DNA of 64,000 nucleotides from Nitrosopumilus sp. (lineage in GTDB: Archaea; Thermoproteota; Nitrososphaeria; Nitrososphaerales; Nitrosopumilaceae). The stretch spans positions 416,001-480,000 of the forward strand of contig OZ243974.1 in the NCBI GenBank assembly GCA_965214775.1, written 5' to 3'. The position numbers and the translations under genes are program-made. This document shows positions 29,912 through 41,443 of this stretch, in pieces; position 1 is the stretch's first letter; each line of letters opens with the position of its first letter. The notes beneath the pieces are model-generated. The model had not been told where the DNA came from. It saw only the letters and a list, made by a program, of their open reading frames with translations, and searched no databases.

Positions 29912-30531
29912 TTTTTTGAGACTATGGCCCGAACAGGCCTCCAACTTTTACGCACAAATGCGGGCAAAGATTTGTTTTTTTGGTAATATCTAGTAACGAA
30001 TTTCACCGTAGTTAGATCAGAGGGATAGCCGCTTCCCAAGAAATCATGAGTCTTTTGCAACCTCTCAATGGCTTTGTCCCTAGTTACTTTTGCAACAATG
30101 GAGGCAGCAGAAACAACAACAAATCTGCTGTCAGCGTGATGGTAGGATTTGATTTTGTGGTTATCTGAAAGTTTTGAAATTTCTTTGCCAAATCTTGCAG
30201 GATTTACATCGCACGAATCAACGTAAGACGTATCAGGATCAAGCTTTGAAACAACTTTTGCCATGTATCTTGCCTCCAATCCATTCAAACAGTGTTTTTT
30301 AACACTTGCATCAATTGATCTTGGGGGTATTTTTGCCACATGGTAATTATCGACTAGTTTAATGATTGATTTGTAAAGCTCTTTGCGTTTTTTTGGGGAA
30401 AGTTTTTTGGAGTCTTTGACTTTTAGCCCTGAAAGTTTCCGTAGATTTTTTCGTTCTAGTGAAATTCCGGCAATGACAAGAGGGCCCAGCATGGATCCGC
30501 GACCAGCATCATCAACACCGCAAATTTGCAC
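29908..30531 (-). CDS. rnhB: Ribonuclease HII
   Basis: GVDDAGRG, DSKKL, SAASIVAKVTRD, GSGYPSD. Confidence 0.96.
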   Translation of the reverse strand: MQICGVDDAGRGSMLGPLVIAGISLERKNLRKLSGLKVKDSKKLSPKKRKELYKSIIKLVDNYHVAKIPPRSIDASVKKHCLNGLEARYMAKVVSKLDPDTSYVDSCDVNPARFGKEISKLSDNHKIKSYHHADSRFVVVSAASIVAKVTRDKAIERLQKTHDFLGSGYPSDLTTVKFVTRYYQKNKSLPAFVRKSWRPVRAIVSKN

Positions 30532-30583
30532 GAATGTTGTCTTTAGGCACAAGTATTAAACAGTATAGAGCCAAACAAGGCAG

Positions 30584-31735
30584 ATGGAATTTTCAAAAGA
30601 AATTTTCGAGGAGATTGTTGAAGGAAAAACAAAGATACTGGTTCCAAAAAAATCAATCACAGATAAGGTTCCACCAAAAAAACCTGCATTCTTTAATCCC
30701 AGAGCCAAACTCAACAGGGATTTTTCAATAGTAGCATATGCGGCGTTTTTAAGAAAATTTCAAGGGCCTAAAATTTTCTTGGAAGGGCTTGCGGGAATTG
30801 GGGCCAGGGGCCTCAGGGTTTCAAATGAATTGAACATAGAGCATTTGGTGATAAATGATCTGAATCCCACGGCACTGGAAATGGCCAGACATTCTGCAAC
30901 CGCAAATGGGATTCAGAGCGTAGAGTTTTCAGAAAAAGAAGTCTGTAGATTTTTGAGCAGGTATTCTGAAAAAGGCAAAAGAGGCACGATAGTAGACATT
31001 GATCCATTTGGTTCCCCGGCAGCATTTTTTGACTGTGGAATTAGGGCTACCATACATGGCGGAATGCTATCTGCTGCTGCAACGGATTTGCAGGTACTGA
31101 ACGGACTCTTTCAGGCTGCATGCAAGAGAAAATACGGCGGAATTCCAGTAAGAGCAGAGTACGGAAATGAGATTGCAATAAGGCTAGTTCTGGGTTGTTT
31201 GAGAATGGTGGCATCAAGACTAGGAGTAAAGGTAGAACCCGTGTTTGTTGAAAGTGACATGCATTACTATAGAACCTATGTCAAAGTGTACAACAAACCT
31301 GATCAAGAAGAAAATATCGGATACATCTTGCATTGCAAAAATTGCGGGCATCGAAAAATTTCATTAGAACAACACCAAACCGAATGCGAGTTATGCAAGT
31401 CAGAAATCAGTGTTGCAGGTCCGTTATGGATTGGAAAGATTTTTGACAAAGAATTCGTACAAAATATGTCTGATGAGATTTCAGAATTAAATGTGGATAA
31501 AATTTGTGTTAAAACCATAGAGAAAAACCTTGATGAGGCAAACCTGCCGGCTGCATATTATACGCTTGACGAGATTGCTTCTAAAACAAAATCCTCGCCG
31601 CCAAAGTTAGATAGTTTCATAAATGAATTAAGAAAAAACGGTTTTGTTGCAGGTCCAACAGCATTTAATCCAACTGGATTTAGAACTGATGCAAACATTT
31701 TAGAAATTACAAGAATTTTTCAGTCTATCCGATAA
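30584..31735 (+). CDS. trm1: tRNA (guanine26-N2)-dimethyltransferase
   Basis: FFNPRAKLNRD, DIDPFGSP, GPLWIG, TGFRTDA. Confidence 0.95.
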   Translation: MEFSKEIFEEIVEGKTKILVPKKSITDKVPPKKPAFFNPRAKLNRDFSIVAYAAFLRKFQGPKIFLEGLAGIGARGLRVSNELNIEHLVINDLNPTALEMARHSATANGIQSVEFSEKEVCRFLSRYSEKGKRGTIVDIDPFGSPAAFFDCGIRATIHGGMLSAAATDLQVLNGLFQAACKRKYGGIPVRAEYGNEIAIRLVLGCLRMVASRLGVKVEPVFVESDMHYYRTYVKVYNKPDQEENIGYILHCKNCGHRKISLEQHQTECELCKSEISVAGPLWIGKIFDKEFVQNMSDEISELNVDKICVKTIEKNLDEANLPAAYYTLDEIASKTKSSPPKLDSFINELRKNGFVAGPTAFNPTGFRTDANILEITRIFQSIR

Positions 31736-32318
31736 ATCCCAGGCAAACATGGTATAGCTCACTGCTTTGTTTCCTGCTTGCCTTTGGTTTTGTTAAATTA
31801 ATTCTTGCAAATTTCTTTTTAACGTAATCCTTGAATTCCATAGAGTACTGACCGTCAAACACCTTGAAGACAGCGTTTCCTTTGTGGGCCAAAACCCTGT
31901 CCATTATCTTTGTACAATCATAGTTTAACGAGATTTGTTTGGCATGATCAACAGACCAATTTCCGCTAACATTTGGAGAAAGATCACATATGACAGCATT
32001 TACTTTACGTCCAAAATAACCCATTATTTCATCTACAACGTGTGCATCTTCAATATTTTCACGAATGATATGTGCACCGGGAATTTCCTCAACATAAGAC
32101 AGATCAATTCCCATAACCTTGCCTTGGTTTCCTGCAAGTTTTACGGCCATTTGTGTCCAGCCGCCAGGTGCGCAACCCAAATCCAATACGTAAAATCCAG
32201 GACCAATCAGCCGGTAAGACTGGTTTAATTCTTTGAGCTTGTATGCTGCACGACTGCGATAGCCCTGTTCGTGCGCAAGTTTTCTATAGTGATCTTTTCG
32301 CGCATCTAATAATTTCAT
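31725..32318 (-). CDS. rlmE: 23S rRNA 2'-O-methyltransferase RlmE/FtsJ
   Basis: [27 protein letters not shown]. Confidence 0.96.
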   Translation of the reverse strand: MKLLDARKDHYRKLAHEQGYRSRAAYKLKELNQSYRLIGPGFYVLDLGCAPGGWTQMAVKLAGNQGKVMGIDLSYVEEIPGAHIIRENIEDAHVVDEIMGYFGRKVNAVICDLSPNVSGNWSVDHAKQISLNYDCTKIMDRVLAHKGNAVFKVFDGQYSMEFKDYVKKKFARINLTKPKASRKQSSELYHVCLGFIG

Positions 32319-33844
32319 TTGGACTTCGCAGGTTTTTTCATTTCAGCAATTACCCAGTCTTCTATGAATTGGCAATTGCGAGGGCTGATCTCGCCTTCTA
32401 ATGAACATTTTTGTTCAACAGGGCAAACCAAGCATGGTGCGTTTTCTATTGACTGGGTGCTAATCGGGGTTTTCTTTAAAATTAGTTTGTAAGTCCATCT
32501 TCCTTTTTCAAGAAGTTTTTCACGGTTAATGGTTCCCATTCGTTCAAGTTTTAATGCAAGTCTTGAACCGTCACGGCCAGTTAATTTCAATTTTTTCCAA
32601 AGTTCGGTTTGGAACATTCCATCAGATTCACGTTCAGCTAAAATGTCACAGACTTTGTTAGTCAATCTTTCCATGTCGACTTTTTTAATTTGGAAATTTT
32701 CAATTTCTTCATCAGAAAGTTGTTCTTCTAGTTCTTCTTCTAACGTTTTTTCTTCTTCTTTTTTGGCTTTTTCAATCTCTTTTTTGGTTAATTTCTTTTC
32801 TTTTGCCGGCTTGGCTTTTGCTTTCTTTGCCGGCTTGGCTTTTGCTTTCTTTGCCAGTTTTTTTGCCGGCTTGGCTTTTGCTTTCTTTGCCAGTTTTTTT
32901 GCCGGCTTGGCTTTTGCTTTCTTTGCCAGTTTTTTTGATCGTTTCTTTGCCGGCTTCTCTGTTGGTTTCTCTGTTGCTTTTTTTGCCGGCTTGGCTTTTG
33001 CTTTCTTTGCCAGTTTTTTTGCCGGCTTGGCTTTTGCTTTCTTTGCCGGCTTCTCTGTTGCTTTCTCTGTTGCTTTCTCTGTTGCTTTCTCTGTTGGTTT
33101 CTCTGTTGCTTTTTTTGCCGGCTTGGCTTTTGCTTTCTTTGCCAGTTTTTTTGATCGTTTCTTTGCCGGCTTCTCTGTTGGTTTCTCTGTTGCTTTTTTT
33201 GCCGGCTTGGCTTTTGCTTTCTTTGCAGGCTTCTCTGTTGGTTTCTCTGTTGGTTTCTCTGTTGCTTTTTTTGCCGGCTTGGCTTTTGCTTTCTTTGCCG
33301 GCTTGGCTTTTGCTTTCTTTGCCGGCTTCTCTGTTGGTTTCTCTGTTGGTTTCTCTGTTGGTTTCTCTGTTGGTTTCTCTGTTGGTTTCTCTGTTGGTTT
33401 CTCTGTTGGTTTCTCTGTTGGTTTCTCTGTTGCTTTTTTTGCCGGCTTGGCTTTTGGTTTCTCTGTTGGTTTCTCTGTTGGTTTCTCTGTTGGTTTCTCT
33501 GTTGGTTTCTCTGTTGGTTTCTCTGTTGGTTTCTCTGTTGCTTTTTTTGCCGGCTTGGCTTTTGCTTTCTCTGTTGGTTTCTCTGTTGGTTTCTCTGTTG
33601 GTTTCTCTGTTGGTTTCTCTGTTGGTTTCTCTGTTGCTTTTTTTGCCGGCTTGGCTTTTGCTTTCTCTGTTGCTTTCTCTGTTGGTTTTTTTGCCGGCTT
33701 GGCTTTTGCTTTCTCTGTTGCTTTCTCTGTTGGTTTTTTTGCCGGTTTTTTTGAAGATAAAATCTCTGTCTTCTTTTTTAATTCATCAAGTTCAGCCTGG
33801 ATTTTTGCTGTTTTATCAATCTGAGAATCATTTTTCTTTGCCAT
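32315..33844 (-). CDS. TFE-beta/RPC34-like transcription factor (wHTH + 4Fe-4S) with long Lys/Ala/Pro repeat N-terminal region
   Basis: C-terminal [24 protein letters not shown] wHTH and [11 protein letters not shown]...[11 protein letters not shown] cysteine motif. Confidence 0.85.
   Translation of the reverse strand: MAKKNDSQIDKTAKIQAELDELKKKTEILSSKKPAKKPTEKATEKAKAKPAKKPTEKATEKAKAKPAKKATEKPTEKPTEKPTEKPTEKPTEKAKAKPAKKATEKPTEKPTEKPTEKPTEKPTEKPTEKPKAKPAKKATEKPTEKPTEKPTEKPTEKPTEKPTEKPTEKPTEKPAKKAKAKPAKKAKAKPAKKATEKPTEKPTEKPAKKAKAKPAKKATEKPTEKPAKKRSKKLAKKAKAKPAKKATEKPTEKATEKATEKATEKPAKKAKAKPAKKLAKKAKAKPAKKATEKPTEKPAKKRSKKLAKKAKAKPAKKLAKKAKAKPAKKLAKKAKAKPAKKAKAKPAKEKKLTKKEIEKAKKEEEKTLEEELEEQLSDEEIENFQIKKVDMERLTNKVCDILAERESDGMFQTELWKKLKLTGRDGSRLALKLERMGTINREKLLEKGRWTYKLILKKTPISTQSIENAPCLVCPVEQKCSLEGEISPRNCQFIEDWVIAEMKKPAKSK
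32801..33750. repeat. Mosaic 12-/24-bp coding repeats ([12 protein letters not shown])
   Basis: ttctctgttggt and ttttgccggcttggcttttgct arrays. Confidence 0.97.
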
Positions 33845-33897
33845 CAAACCACCCAATTTTTAAACCTAATTTAGTATGCTTCACCAAGAATCCATTC

Positions 33898-34392
33898 CTA
33901 TTTAACAGTAAATGTCTCCGAGATAGAAACGGTCTTGAGTTGTATTGAAACCATTTCAGCCTCAACCTTGTAGTAACCGAGATAATCAGTTATTTTAGAA
34001 AGTTCAGCATCAGTTGGAAGGATGTCCCTTTCTCCCCCATCAAGGCATTGTTTAAGAAATCCTCCTTGGTTAACTACATGACTTTCTCCAACAGGATACA
34101 GGACCGCATACGAATCTCCACAGCCAAAAGACGAGTCAGTTACTTTGATTTCCACTTCATCTGGTGCAGAAACAGAGTAGTGTTTTGAAAGTCCGAGGAT
34201 TTGAAGAGGAGAGCCTGCAGTGACAGGTTTGTTCTCATGAGATGCGGCTTTGCCCTCACGAGAAATTGGCCACATGTCCAATTCTCGATCTGGTTTTTGA
34301 AGAATGTCAGCCATAACTGCTGAACCAAAAATTATCGAAAACATTGCAGGTAAAACAAATACTATGAAAACCACCTTTGATGCCATTTTCAT
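33898..34392 (-). CDS. Hypothetical membrane-anchored protein
   Basis: N-terminal hydrophobic helix; fills the intergenic gap. Confidence 0.7.
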   Translation of the reverse strand: MKMASKVVFIVFVLPAMFSIIFGSAVMADILQKPDRELDMWPISREGKAASHENKPVTAGSPLQILGLSKHYSVSAPDEVEIKVTDSSFGCGDSYAVLYPVGESHVVNQGGFLKQCLDGGERDILPTDAELSKITDYLGYYKVEAEMVSIQLKTVSISETFTVK

Positions 34393-34489
34393 TTAAAATC
34401 CGTAATTCCCTTATATCTATTTAGCAAAAAGCAATTTTTTAGATCAATATGACGAATGAGTTAAATCGTAGCCGGCTAAATATCGCTAG

Positions 34490-36583
34490 ATGCGACTTAG
34501 AAAATTCAGAGTTAGAGCATATCGTTGCATTCACGATTCTGGAGAAATTAATGTTGGGGATTTAGCTGCCTTTGTAGGAAGGAACGAAAGTGGAAAAACC
34601 ACCATTCTTCAAGCACTAACTTTGCTAAACCGAGATGAACAAGTCTCCGAACTAGATCTTTGCGATGAAATGAATGAAGAATTGAAGGGAGAAATCCGTC
34701 TTGCTGAAGGGGAGTTTGAACTAAATCAGCATGAAATGGAATTACTAAAGGAGAAATTTCCAGGTTTGCCGGAAATGAAAAAAATCAGACTTTATAGAAC
34801 AAACCAAAAACCTAAAGTCCAGTATGAGTTTGACGACATCGAATTAGGGGAGAATGAAGACAAGGGATTAAATTCCTGGGAAAACTTTTCAAAACAAATT
34901 TTAGGATTTCTCGATATCCTTCCCAATCATTTAAGAATTCAAGTTGACACAAAATTTTTTGATGGACCTGCTCCCAAAAACCAGGAATTATTTGACAGCG
35001 GCATGGCAGAATTCAGCAATCAGTTTCACGTAATAGCAATTCAAGAGCCAAAAGTTGTAGAGGAATGGGAAAAAATCTATGAAAACCCCGAAAATCAGTT
35101 TTCAAACCTGCTGACAGGCGAGAGTGAAAAATCAGCATTACAGAATTTCATTTCATCAGAGCTGCATCCAAGATTCGTATACTTTTCTGATTACAAAAAA
35201 ATCTATGGAAATATCAATCTAAATGAGTATCTTAGAGAAGAAAAAGGCGAACGCCAGGACTCCATTGAATTCATTGAGGAGTTTGACAAGGCAGAAACCG
35301 TTCGAAATCTCTTCTATTTAGCAGAATTAGACATGAATGAACTAGACGAAGTTAAGGAAAGCCCATCAAAATGCATCAAACTGCTCAATGCAGCTAGTAA
35401 TAGATTGACCAGCAAGCTGAACCCCGCCTGGAAGGGCGATCCAATCCATGTTGATTTAAGATACAATCCCGGCAACATCATGAGTGTAGTAATTTCAGAT
35501 GTTCACAAAGACGGAACCATAACAAATACAGGATTGCTAAATAGAAGGGCCGAGGGTTTCAAATGGACGTTTTCTTTTATTGTTAATTTTGCAGCAGAGA
35601 CCCAAAGGGCTGAGCTTAAAGAGGCGGTGTTGCTTCTAGACGAACCTGCAAGGAACTTGCATCCTACACAGCAAATGGGAATTTCAGATTTGCTAAGTGA
35701 TCTTGCAGGATCCAACCAAGTCTTATATGCAACACACTCTCCATTTATGATATTTGATTATACTCCAGGAAACCTGTTGGTAGTAGAGTTAGACAAAAGA
35801 AAACATCTCAGCAGAATATTCTATGATTATTGGAATGCAGATGATAAGACACTAACTCCAATTTTGTATGGGCTCTGTAGGGGGCAGGTTGACTCCATTG
35901 TAGACAGGGAGATTGGAACCAACTCTAGGCCAATCATAATTGTTGAAACAATGTCAGATTCGATGTACCTTAATGCATTTGACAAATTCCTACAGGATCC
36001 AAACATCTCCATGAACCCGTTAAACGTAGTTGCGGCATATAACAAAAACTCAGTCTTGCCCCTGGCAATTTTTTATAGGAATCACGGATACAAAACATTT
36101 GTCCTGCTAGATAATTCCGAGGAGTCAAAGCAGATCTCCGCCCAGCTAGCATCAAACGAATTCTCCCCCGTACAGACGATTTTCTTCGAAAGAGAGGGGA
36201 AAAAGTTAGAATCAATTGAGGATTACATAGTTCTAGAGGACTATCTGCACGCAGTTAACCAGACTTATGAAATCAAGTTAAGACACGAGGGATTTTCAAA
36301 TTTGACGCCTCAGCATGTCTCTAGCAAAGAAAGCAACGGCACGGTCAACAAACTCAGAAAGATTTGGAGTGAGCATAGGGAAGACGATTGGGGAGAATTT
36401 GGCAACGAGGAGATTACCAGATATATTTGTGAAAAAATCACATTAGAGGAGGCAGATTTCTTATCAGACAAGACCAAGGATCAATTTAGATCATTGTACA
36501 GATTGATTGCAGAAAGAATCAGGCAGTATCAAAATATGGCTGCAAAGCCAGATCTTGATAAATTTCAGAAAGCCAAGGCCTGA
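34490..36583 (+). CDS. OLD-family ATP-dependent nuclease (ABC ATPase + Toprim-like)
   Basis: GRNESGKT, LLLDEPARNLHP, ATHSPFM, IIVE..SD, VLLD, IEDY. Confidence 0.85.
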   Translation: MRLRKFRVRAYRCIHDSGEINVGDLAAFVGRNESGKTTILQALTLLNRDEQVSELDLCDEMNEELKGEIRLAEGEFELNQHEMELLKEKFPGLPEMKKIRLYRTNQKPKVQYEFDDIELGENEDKGLNSWENFSKQILGFLDILPNHLRIQVDTKFFDGPAPKNQELFDSGMAEFSNQFHVIAIQEPKVVEEWEKIYENPENQFSNLLTGESEKSALQNFISSELHPRFVYFSDYKKIYGNINLNEYLREEKGERQDSIEFIEEFDKAETVRNLFYLAELDMNELDEVKESPSKCIKLLNAASNRLTSKLNPAWKGDPIHVDLRYNPGNIMSVVISDVHKDGTITNTGLLNRRAEGFKWTFSFIVNFAAETQRAELKEAVLLLDEPARNLHPTQQMGISDLLSDLAGSNQVLYATHSPFMIFDYTPGNLLVVELDKRKHLSRIFYDYWNADDKTLTPILYGLCRGQVDSIVDREIGTNSRPIIIVETMSDSMYLNAFDKFLQDPNISMNPLNVVAAYNKNSVLPLAIFYRNHGYKTFVLLDNSEESKQISAQLASNEFSPVQTIFFEREGKKLESIEDYIVLEDYLHAVNQTYEIKLRHEGFSNLTPQHVSSKESNGTVNKLRKIWSEHREDDWGEFGNEEITRYICEKITLEEADFLSDKTKDQFRSLYRLIAERIRQYQNMAAKPDLDKFQKAKA

Positions 36584-36663
36584 GATTAATGAAGTTTGCT
36601 CATAAAGAGTACGGAATTAAGAAATGACAAAATGGAAGAAATTCTTTAAGGTTTAAGTGAGAG

Positions 36664-38871
36664 ATGGACAAATTGACGAACATGACAGAGTCCTCGATGA
36701 GAGGAATTTTCCTTTCAATTGTGTTAGTTTCATCAGTTGCGATGCTAGTCACGTTTCCAGAAAACGTATTTGCCGAGGAAGTGGAGGTTTCCAGCATTGC
36801 ACTAGGCCAAACAACAATCATCGAATTGACTAACAACTCAAATGAGGACGTCAACACATTTAGAATTTGGCTGGGAGCAGACGATGCTTTCAAATCATTC
36901 AAAACAGAAGATGGGTGGGCAGGTGAAAAAACTCCTCTAGGAGTCATTGTTTTTACGTCAGATGACGCAATCAGGCCCGGAGACTCTGTAAAGTTTGGAG
37001 TAAAAACAGACAAAGTAGAACCGGCAATAAACTGGAAGGCATTAGACGACAAAGACAACCAAATGAAGATAGGCCTGGCACTTCCAAAAGAATTGCCGGT
37101 TGTTGCCAAAAATCAAGGAGACTCAACGCAGCAAAATCCAGGAGACGATACTCAGAATCCCGAAAACCAAGAAGCAACAGAAACAGAAACAGCTGCAGCA
37201 GTGACGGCAGAATCGACATTCAGAATCATCCCTGAAAAACCAAATGTGGGATCCTCAATCAGGGTGACTGGCGACAAGTTCGGGGCATCGCAGAATTTTG
37301 ATTTCTACATAGACACAAGGAAGATCGGAAGCTTTGTGACTGATGAAAATGGCCATTTCATGACAACTATGCAGATTCCAGATGATCAGACAGCTGACCG
37401 GGTAGACTTTACGGTCAAAAGCCAAGAAGGGGATGAAAGGAAGATCAGTTTAAGAATAGGAGAGCCCAATCACAGAATTGTAGAATCAGACAATATCAAA
37501 CTAACAATCCAAGGAATTCCCAATGTGGTTCACAGAGGAGACTTTATGGAAATATTTGGAACAGGACAGCCCGGAGGGGCAATTACTGGCGAAATTACAA
37601 ATTCCGACGGGGAGATAATCAACTCCCGTACTGCAGAAATTGACAGCAAAGGGGACTGGAAGCTAGAACCGATCATCGTTCCGTTAATCACGCCATTGGG
37701 CAAATACAGCATCACCATTACAGACGGCAGAGAAGACACGGTAATGCAGTGGAGTGTTGAATCAGACAAGGTAATTTTGATTGAGCCAAGCAAATTAAAG
37801 TATGACGCCGGAGAGGTCATGACTTTTCGCGGAACGGCATTAAAAAACACGCCAATTGAGTTTATTGTAGAAGATCCACTGGGAAAAGAGATCTACTCGG
37901 ACATAATCGAGATTGACGATTCGGGGTTTGTAGAGTTTGATTTCCCAACAACGCAGACAACATTAGAGGGAACCTACACAGTTATTGCATCACAAGGCAG
38001 CGATAAAGAATTCATTTTTGCAGGACTGGGACAATTGCCAAACATTCCAGTCAACCTAGAATTTGACCAGGTAAATTACAAGGCAGGAGACGTTGCAGAG
38101 ATTTCGCTTACAGGAAAAGCATCAGAAATCATCTCTCTGCTGATAATCGATCATTCAGACAATCCGGTGGGCAATGCTACATCAATCACCCTTCAGCCTG
38201 ACGGCAGGGGCACATACTTTCTTGATTTGGAGGGATACGCATCCGGGGCCTATACTGCAGTAATCAGCAAAGGAAGCGCACAAAGCGAGGAGAGATTTGC
38301 TGTTGGACTTCCGGTAGGGTCAGGAGAAATCGAAGTAAATACGACAAAATCAGAATATCTTCCAGGGGATTCCATTCTTATTTTAGGAAATGTGAATCCA
38401 AACGTCCTGCTCATGGTAACTTTGACAGATCCAGACGGACATGATGTAAAAATTAAAGAGATATTTTCAGACAAGTACGGAAAAATCTCAGAGAGTTCAT
38501 TCAGAGTTCCGTCCGAAGCCACTCCGGGAACGTGGAACATCAATGTAAAAAGCGGTGCCAACTTTGCCAACATCGAAATTGGAGTTTTAGACATATCAGC
38601 TGAAGGCATGGTAATCAACACTTCAGAAGGCCCAGACGTGCCCGGATTTGGAGAGACCATCAACATCGAAATAGCAGGCGCGTCTCAAACAGTCCAAATT
38701 CAGATTATTGCCGAAGACGGAGAGGTAATCGAGGAATTAGAATTCCCAGCTTCGGCTCAAGGAGAAATACATCAGCCATGGATAATCCCCAAGGATATCG
38801 AACCCGGAACATATACCGTAAAGGCCCAAGATGCGTTCAATTCTGCCCAAACCACATTTGTTGTAGAATAG
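36664..38871 (+). CDS. Secreted multi-Ig-like surface protein
   Basis: Signal peptide ending VFA; repeated Y..GD...I.G / G.YT beta-sandwich units. Confidence 0.8.
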   Translation: MDKLTNMTESSMRGIFLSIVLVSSVAMLVTFPENVFAEEVEVSSIALGQTTIIELTNNSNEDVNTFRIWLGADDAFKSFKTEDGWAGEKTPLGVIVFTSDDAIRPGDSVKFGVKTDKVEPAINWKALDDKDNQMKIGLALPKELPVVAKNQGDSTQQNPGDDTQNPENQEATETETAAAVTAESTFRIIPEKPNVGSSIRVTGDKFGASQNFDFYIDTRKIGSFVTDENGHFMTTMQIPDDQTADRVDFTVKSQEGDERKISLRIGEPNHRIVESDNIKLTIQGIPNVVHRGDFMEIFGTGQPGGAITGEITNSDGEIINSRTAEIDSKGDWKLEPIIVPLITPLGKYSITITDGREDTVMQWSVESDKVILIEPSKLKYDAGEVMTFRGTALKNTPIEFIVEDPLGKEIYSDIIEIDDSGFVEFDFPTTQTTLEGTYTVIASQGSDKEFIFAGLGQLPNIPVNLEFDQVNYKAGDVAEISLTGKASEIISLLIIDHSDNPVGNATSITLQPDGRGTYFLDLEGYASGAYTAVISKGSAQSEERFAVGLPVGSGEIEVNTTKSEYLPGDSILILGNVNPNVLLMVTLTDPDGHDVKIKEIFSDKYGKISESSFRVPSEATPGTWNINVKSGANFANIEIGVLDISAEGMVINTSEGPDVPGFGETINIEIAGASQTVQIQIIAEDGEVIEELEFPASAQGEIHQPWIIPKDIEPGTYTVKAQDAFNSAQTTFVVE

Positions 38872-38929
38872 ATGTTGCAAAACGGATGATTTCAAACAGT
38901 TTTATTTTAGAATAAATGCTACAACAGTC

Positions 38930-39442
38930 ATGAATCTGAAAGACAAGATTGTAGAGTATGCAGACTTTCCAAAAAAAGGAGTCACATTCAGAGACTTCAG
39001 TCCGATTTTAAAAGATCCTTCAGCAATGTCGTATATTGCCGACGAGTTTGCCAAATACTTCCATCCAAAAGACATAGACGCCTTTGCCGGAATAGAATCC
39101 AGGGGATTCACCCTTGCCTGTGTCTTGGCTGCACGATACAACAAAGGAATGATAATGGTTAGAAAGGCAGGAAAGCTTCCCGGCAACACTACAAAACTCT
39201 CATACACTGTCGAATATGGAAAAGATACCATTGAAATTCAAAACGACATCATAAAAAAAGGCCAAAAAATCCTAATCTGCGATGATCTGCTTGCCACGGG
39301 AGGAACTGCAAAGGCATCTGCCAAATTGATTGAGAAGGTCGGCGGTGAAATTACCGGATTTGCGTTCATCATTGAGTTGACCGAGCTGAACGGAATCAAG
39401 GGAATAAGCAAATACGACTGCAAGTCATTGGTGAAATACTAG
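38930..39442 (+). CDS. apt: Adenine phosphoribosyltransferase
   Basis: [32 protein letters not shown]. Confidence 0.97.
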   Translation: MNLKDKIVEYADFPKKGVTFRDFSPILKDPSAMSYIADEFAKYFHPKDIDAFAGIESRGFTLACVLAARYNKGMIMVRKAGKLPGNTTKLSYTVEYGKDTIEIQNDIIKKGQKILICDDLLATGGTAKASAKLIEKVGGEITGFAFIIELTELNGIKGISKYDCKSLVKY

Positions 39443-40236
39443 TGGAAAAAGACATAGAAATTGGAATTTTTGGCGGAACGGGAATTTATGATTCGGGGCT
39501 GCTAGAGGATGCCAAAGAAATCGACATTGACACGCCGTATGGAAAGCCGTCTGACACAATTACAGTCGGAGTTTTCAAGGGAAGGAAGATTGCCTTTCTT
39601 CCAAGACATGGAAAAAAGCATTCAATTCCGCCACACATGATAAATTTCAAGGCAAACATTTGGGCATTCAAAGAGCTGGGGGTTACCAGAATTATCGCAC
39701 CGTCTGCGGTGGGAAGTCTTAAAGAAGAGTTAGAACCGGGACATTTTGTTTTGCCAACGCAGTTTTTAGACTTTACAAAATCAAGAGACGGCTCATTCTC
39801 CGAAGATGGGAGGGTGATCCACATTTCAGTGGCAGAGCCGTTTTGTCCCGAGCTCCAATCATCAATTCTAAGGGCTGCAGAGAATCAGCAGGATCTAACA
39901 GTACACAGGGATCGCACATATGTCTGCATTGAGGGGCCTAGATTTTCCACAAAAGCCGAATCAAGATTCTACAGAACGGCAAAGGCAGACATTATCGGAA
40001 TGACGCTGGTTCCAGAATGCCAATTGGCAAAAGAAGCTCAAATTTGTTATGCGTCAATTTCAACTGTTACGGATTATGACGTTTGGGCTGAAAAACCGGT
40101 TACAGCCAGAGAGGTCCTAGAGACACTGTCTAAAAACGTTGAAAAAACAAAAAGGCTGCTCGGAGAATTAATAGACAAGATTCCCGAGACTAGAAGCTGC
40201 TCCTGTGCAGAGGCGCTCAAGGAAGCAGAATTCTAG
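39442..40236 (+). CDS. mtnP: S-methyl-5'-thioadenosine phosphorylase
   Basis: [31 protein letters not shown]. Confidence 0.95.
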   Translation: MEKDIEIGIFGGTGIYDSGLLEDAKEIDIDTPYGKPSDTITVGVFKGRKIAFLPRHGKKHSIPPHMINFKANIWAFKELGVTRIIAPSAVGSLKEELEPGHFVLPTQFLDFTKSRDGSFSEDGRVIHISVAEPFCPELQSSILRAAENQQDLTVHRDRTYVCIEGPRFSTKAESRFYRTAKADIIGMTLVPECQLAKEAQICYASISTVTDYDVWAEKPVTAREVLETLSKNVEKTKRLLGELIDKIPETRSCSCAEALKEAEF

Positions 40237-40517
40237 TCATCTGCAAAGGATTCCTTTTTCAGACCTTCAGGAATGGTAATGTCGCCCTTGAGAAGATTTT
40301 CCTGCAACAGCATGATCACTTTTTCAACATCGTATCCCAATTTTTTTAGTTCTGATTCCGTATCTTTTGAGAGTTTTGCACCAATGTTCTGTCCGCCGAT
40401 TCGGCCAAAGGCTATTGCCGTGAATCTGAACTCGTGTTCGTCTATGTTGAATTTTCCGGCAATCTTGGCAGCCATCTGGCTGCCATGCACGTTATTTATG
40501 TGAACCTTGAGATTCAT
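40233..40517 (-). CDS. Hypothetical protein
   Basis: Compact ORF in a tightly packed gene run. Confidence 0.75.
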   Translation of the reverse strand: MNLKVHINNVHGSQMAAKIAGKFNIDEHEFRFTAIAFGRIGGQNIGAKLSKDTESELKKLGYDVEKVIMLLQENLLKGDITIPEGLKKESFADD

Positions 40518-40524
40518 TCCCAGT

Positions 40525-40905
40525 CTAGATCTCTACGGCTTTGTTTATGTTGTTTTCCACTAGGAAACTCCAGTGATCGTTATCACTTATTGCATAATTT
40601 TCCACTCGGAGATCCAGTATTTTTTCACCAACAGTTTCAAACTTTATTGTCCCATTTTCAGGCAGCCTGACCAGCTTCCATCTGTCCCTTCCTTTTTGCA
40701 ACCTGCTGACTGCAACGGCCCACTTTTGATCTGGCTTAATTTCAGGCATTCCCACAGTATCAGATAGTTCCTCTATTCCTAGTTGTTTTTCTTCACAGTA
40801 GAGCTGTTTGGTCCTAGCTGAGCGCCAAACATCAACAGAACCGATAGTTCTCTCATCAATGTTTATGTTTATTACTCCAAAATAAGTAATGTCGTTATCC
40901 AACAA
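40525..40905 (-). CDS. Hypothetical protein
   Basis: Compact ORF in a tightly packed gene run. Confidence 0.75.
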   Translation of the reverse strand: MLDNDITYFGVININIDERTIGSVDVWRSARTKQLYCEEKQLGIEELSDTVGMPEIKPDQKWAVAVSRLQKGRDRWKLVRLPENGTIKFETVGEKILDLRVENYAISDNDHWSFLVENNINKAVEI

Positions 40906-40923
40906 AGTAAGGATGCGGCAGTT

Positions 40924-41277
40924 CTATTTAGTCCTTGCATCATCAAACGGTTTTTCCAGGAGCGCCCCAATTCCATCAACTGTTTTGTTTCGCTTAAAGT
41001 CAATGTTCTCCCGCTGGCACATTCTTTTGTACATGTTTACCGCTGTGAATCTAGGGTGCATTGCTTCAAACTCCGTCTCTGTTATGTCAATAAAGGCCCC
41101 AATCCTCATCAGATCATTTGCAGCTTGATCCGCATCCTCAACAGGGATTGCCAGTTTTTCTGAGATTGCCTCTGCGCTCATCCTTCCATTGCAAGTCACC
41201 AGCACGTATACACGGGCCTGAGAAGGAGTCAGTTTGATTTCAGAAACCAAGGCATCCTCGATTTGGGACATCTCCAT
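40924..41277 (-). CDS. TrmB-like HTH regulator
   Basis: LTPSQARVYVLV..G.MSAEAISEKL wHTH pattern. Confidence 0.7.
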   Translation of the reverse strand: MEMSQIEDALVSEIKLTPSQARVYVLVTCNGRMSAEAISEKLAIPVEDADQAANDLMRIGAFIDITETEFEAMHPRFTAVNMYKRMCQRENIDFKRNKTVDGIGALLEKPFDDARTK

Positions 41278-41443
41278 ACTTGCATATAGACAGGGTTGGA
41301 ATAATAAAATGTAACAGCTGTGACTCTGAGGATCAGGCACGGTTCTGACTCCAACGGACATCCAGGATGCAAATCGCCTTGCAGAACCGCCGCAAATCGC
41401 TTTGCAGAGACGATCCGCTACGACAAAATGACGATGCGCCGAT

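Noticed and set aside
32529-33948. 431-aa and 381-aa hydrophobic plus-strand ORFs
   Set aside because: Antisense of the Lys-rich repeat; stop-free only because of low complexity
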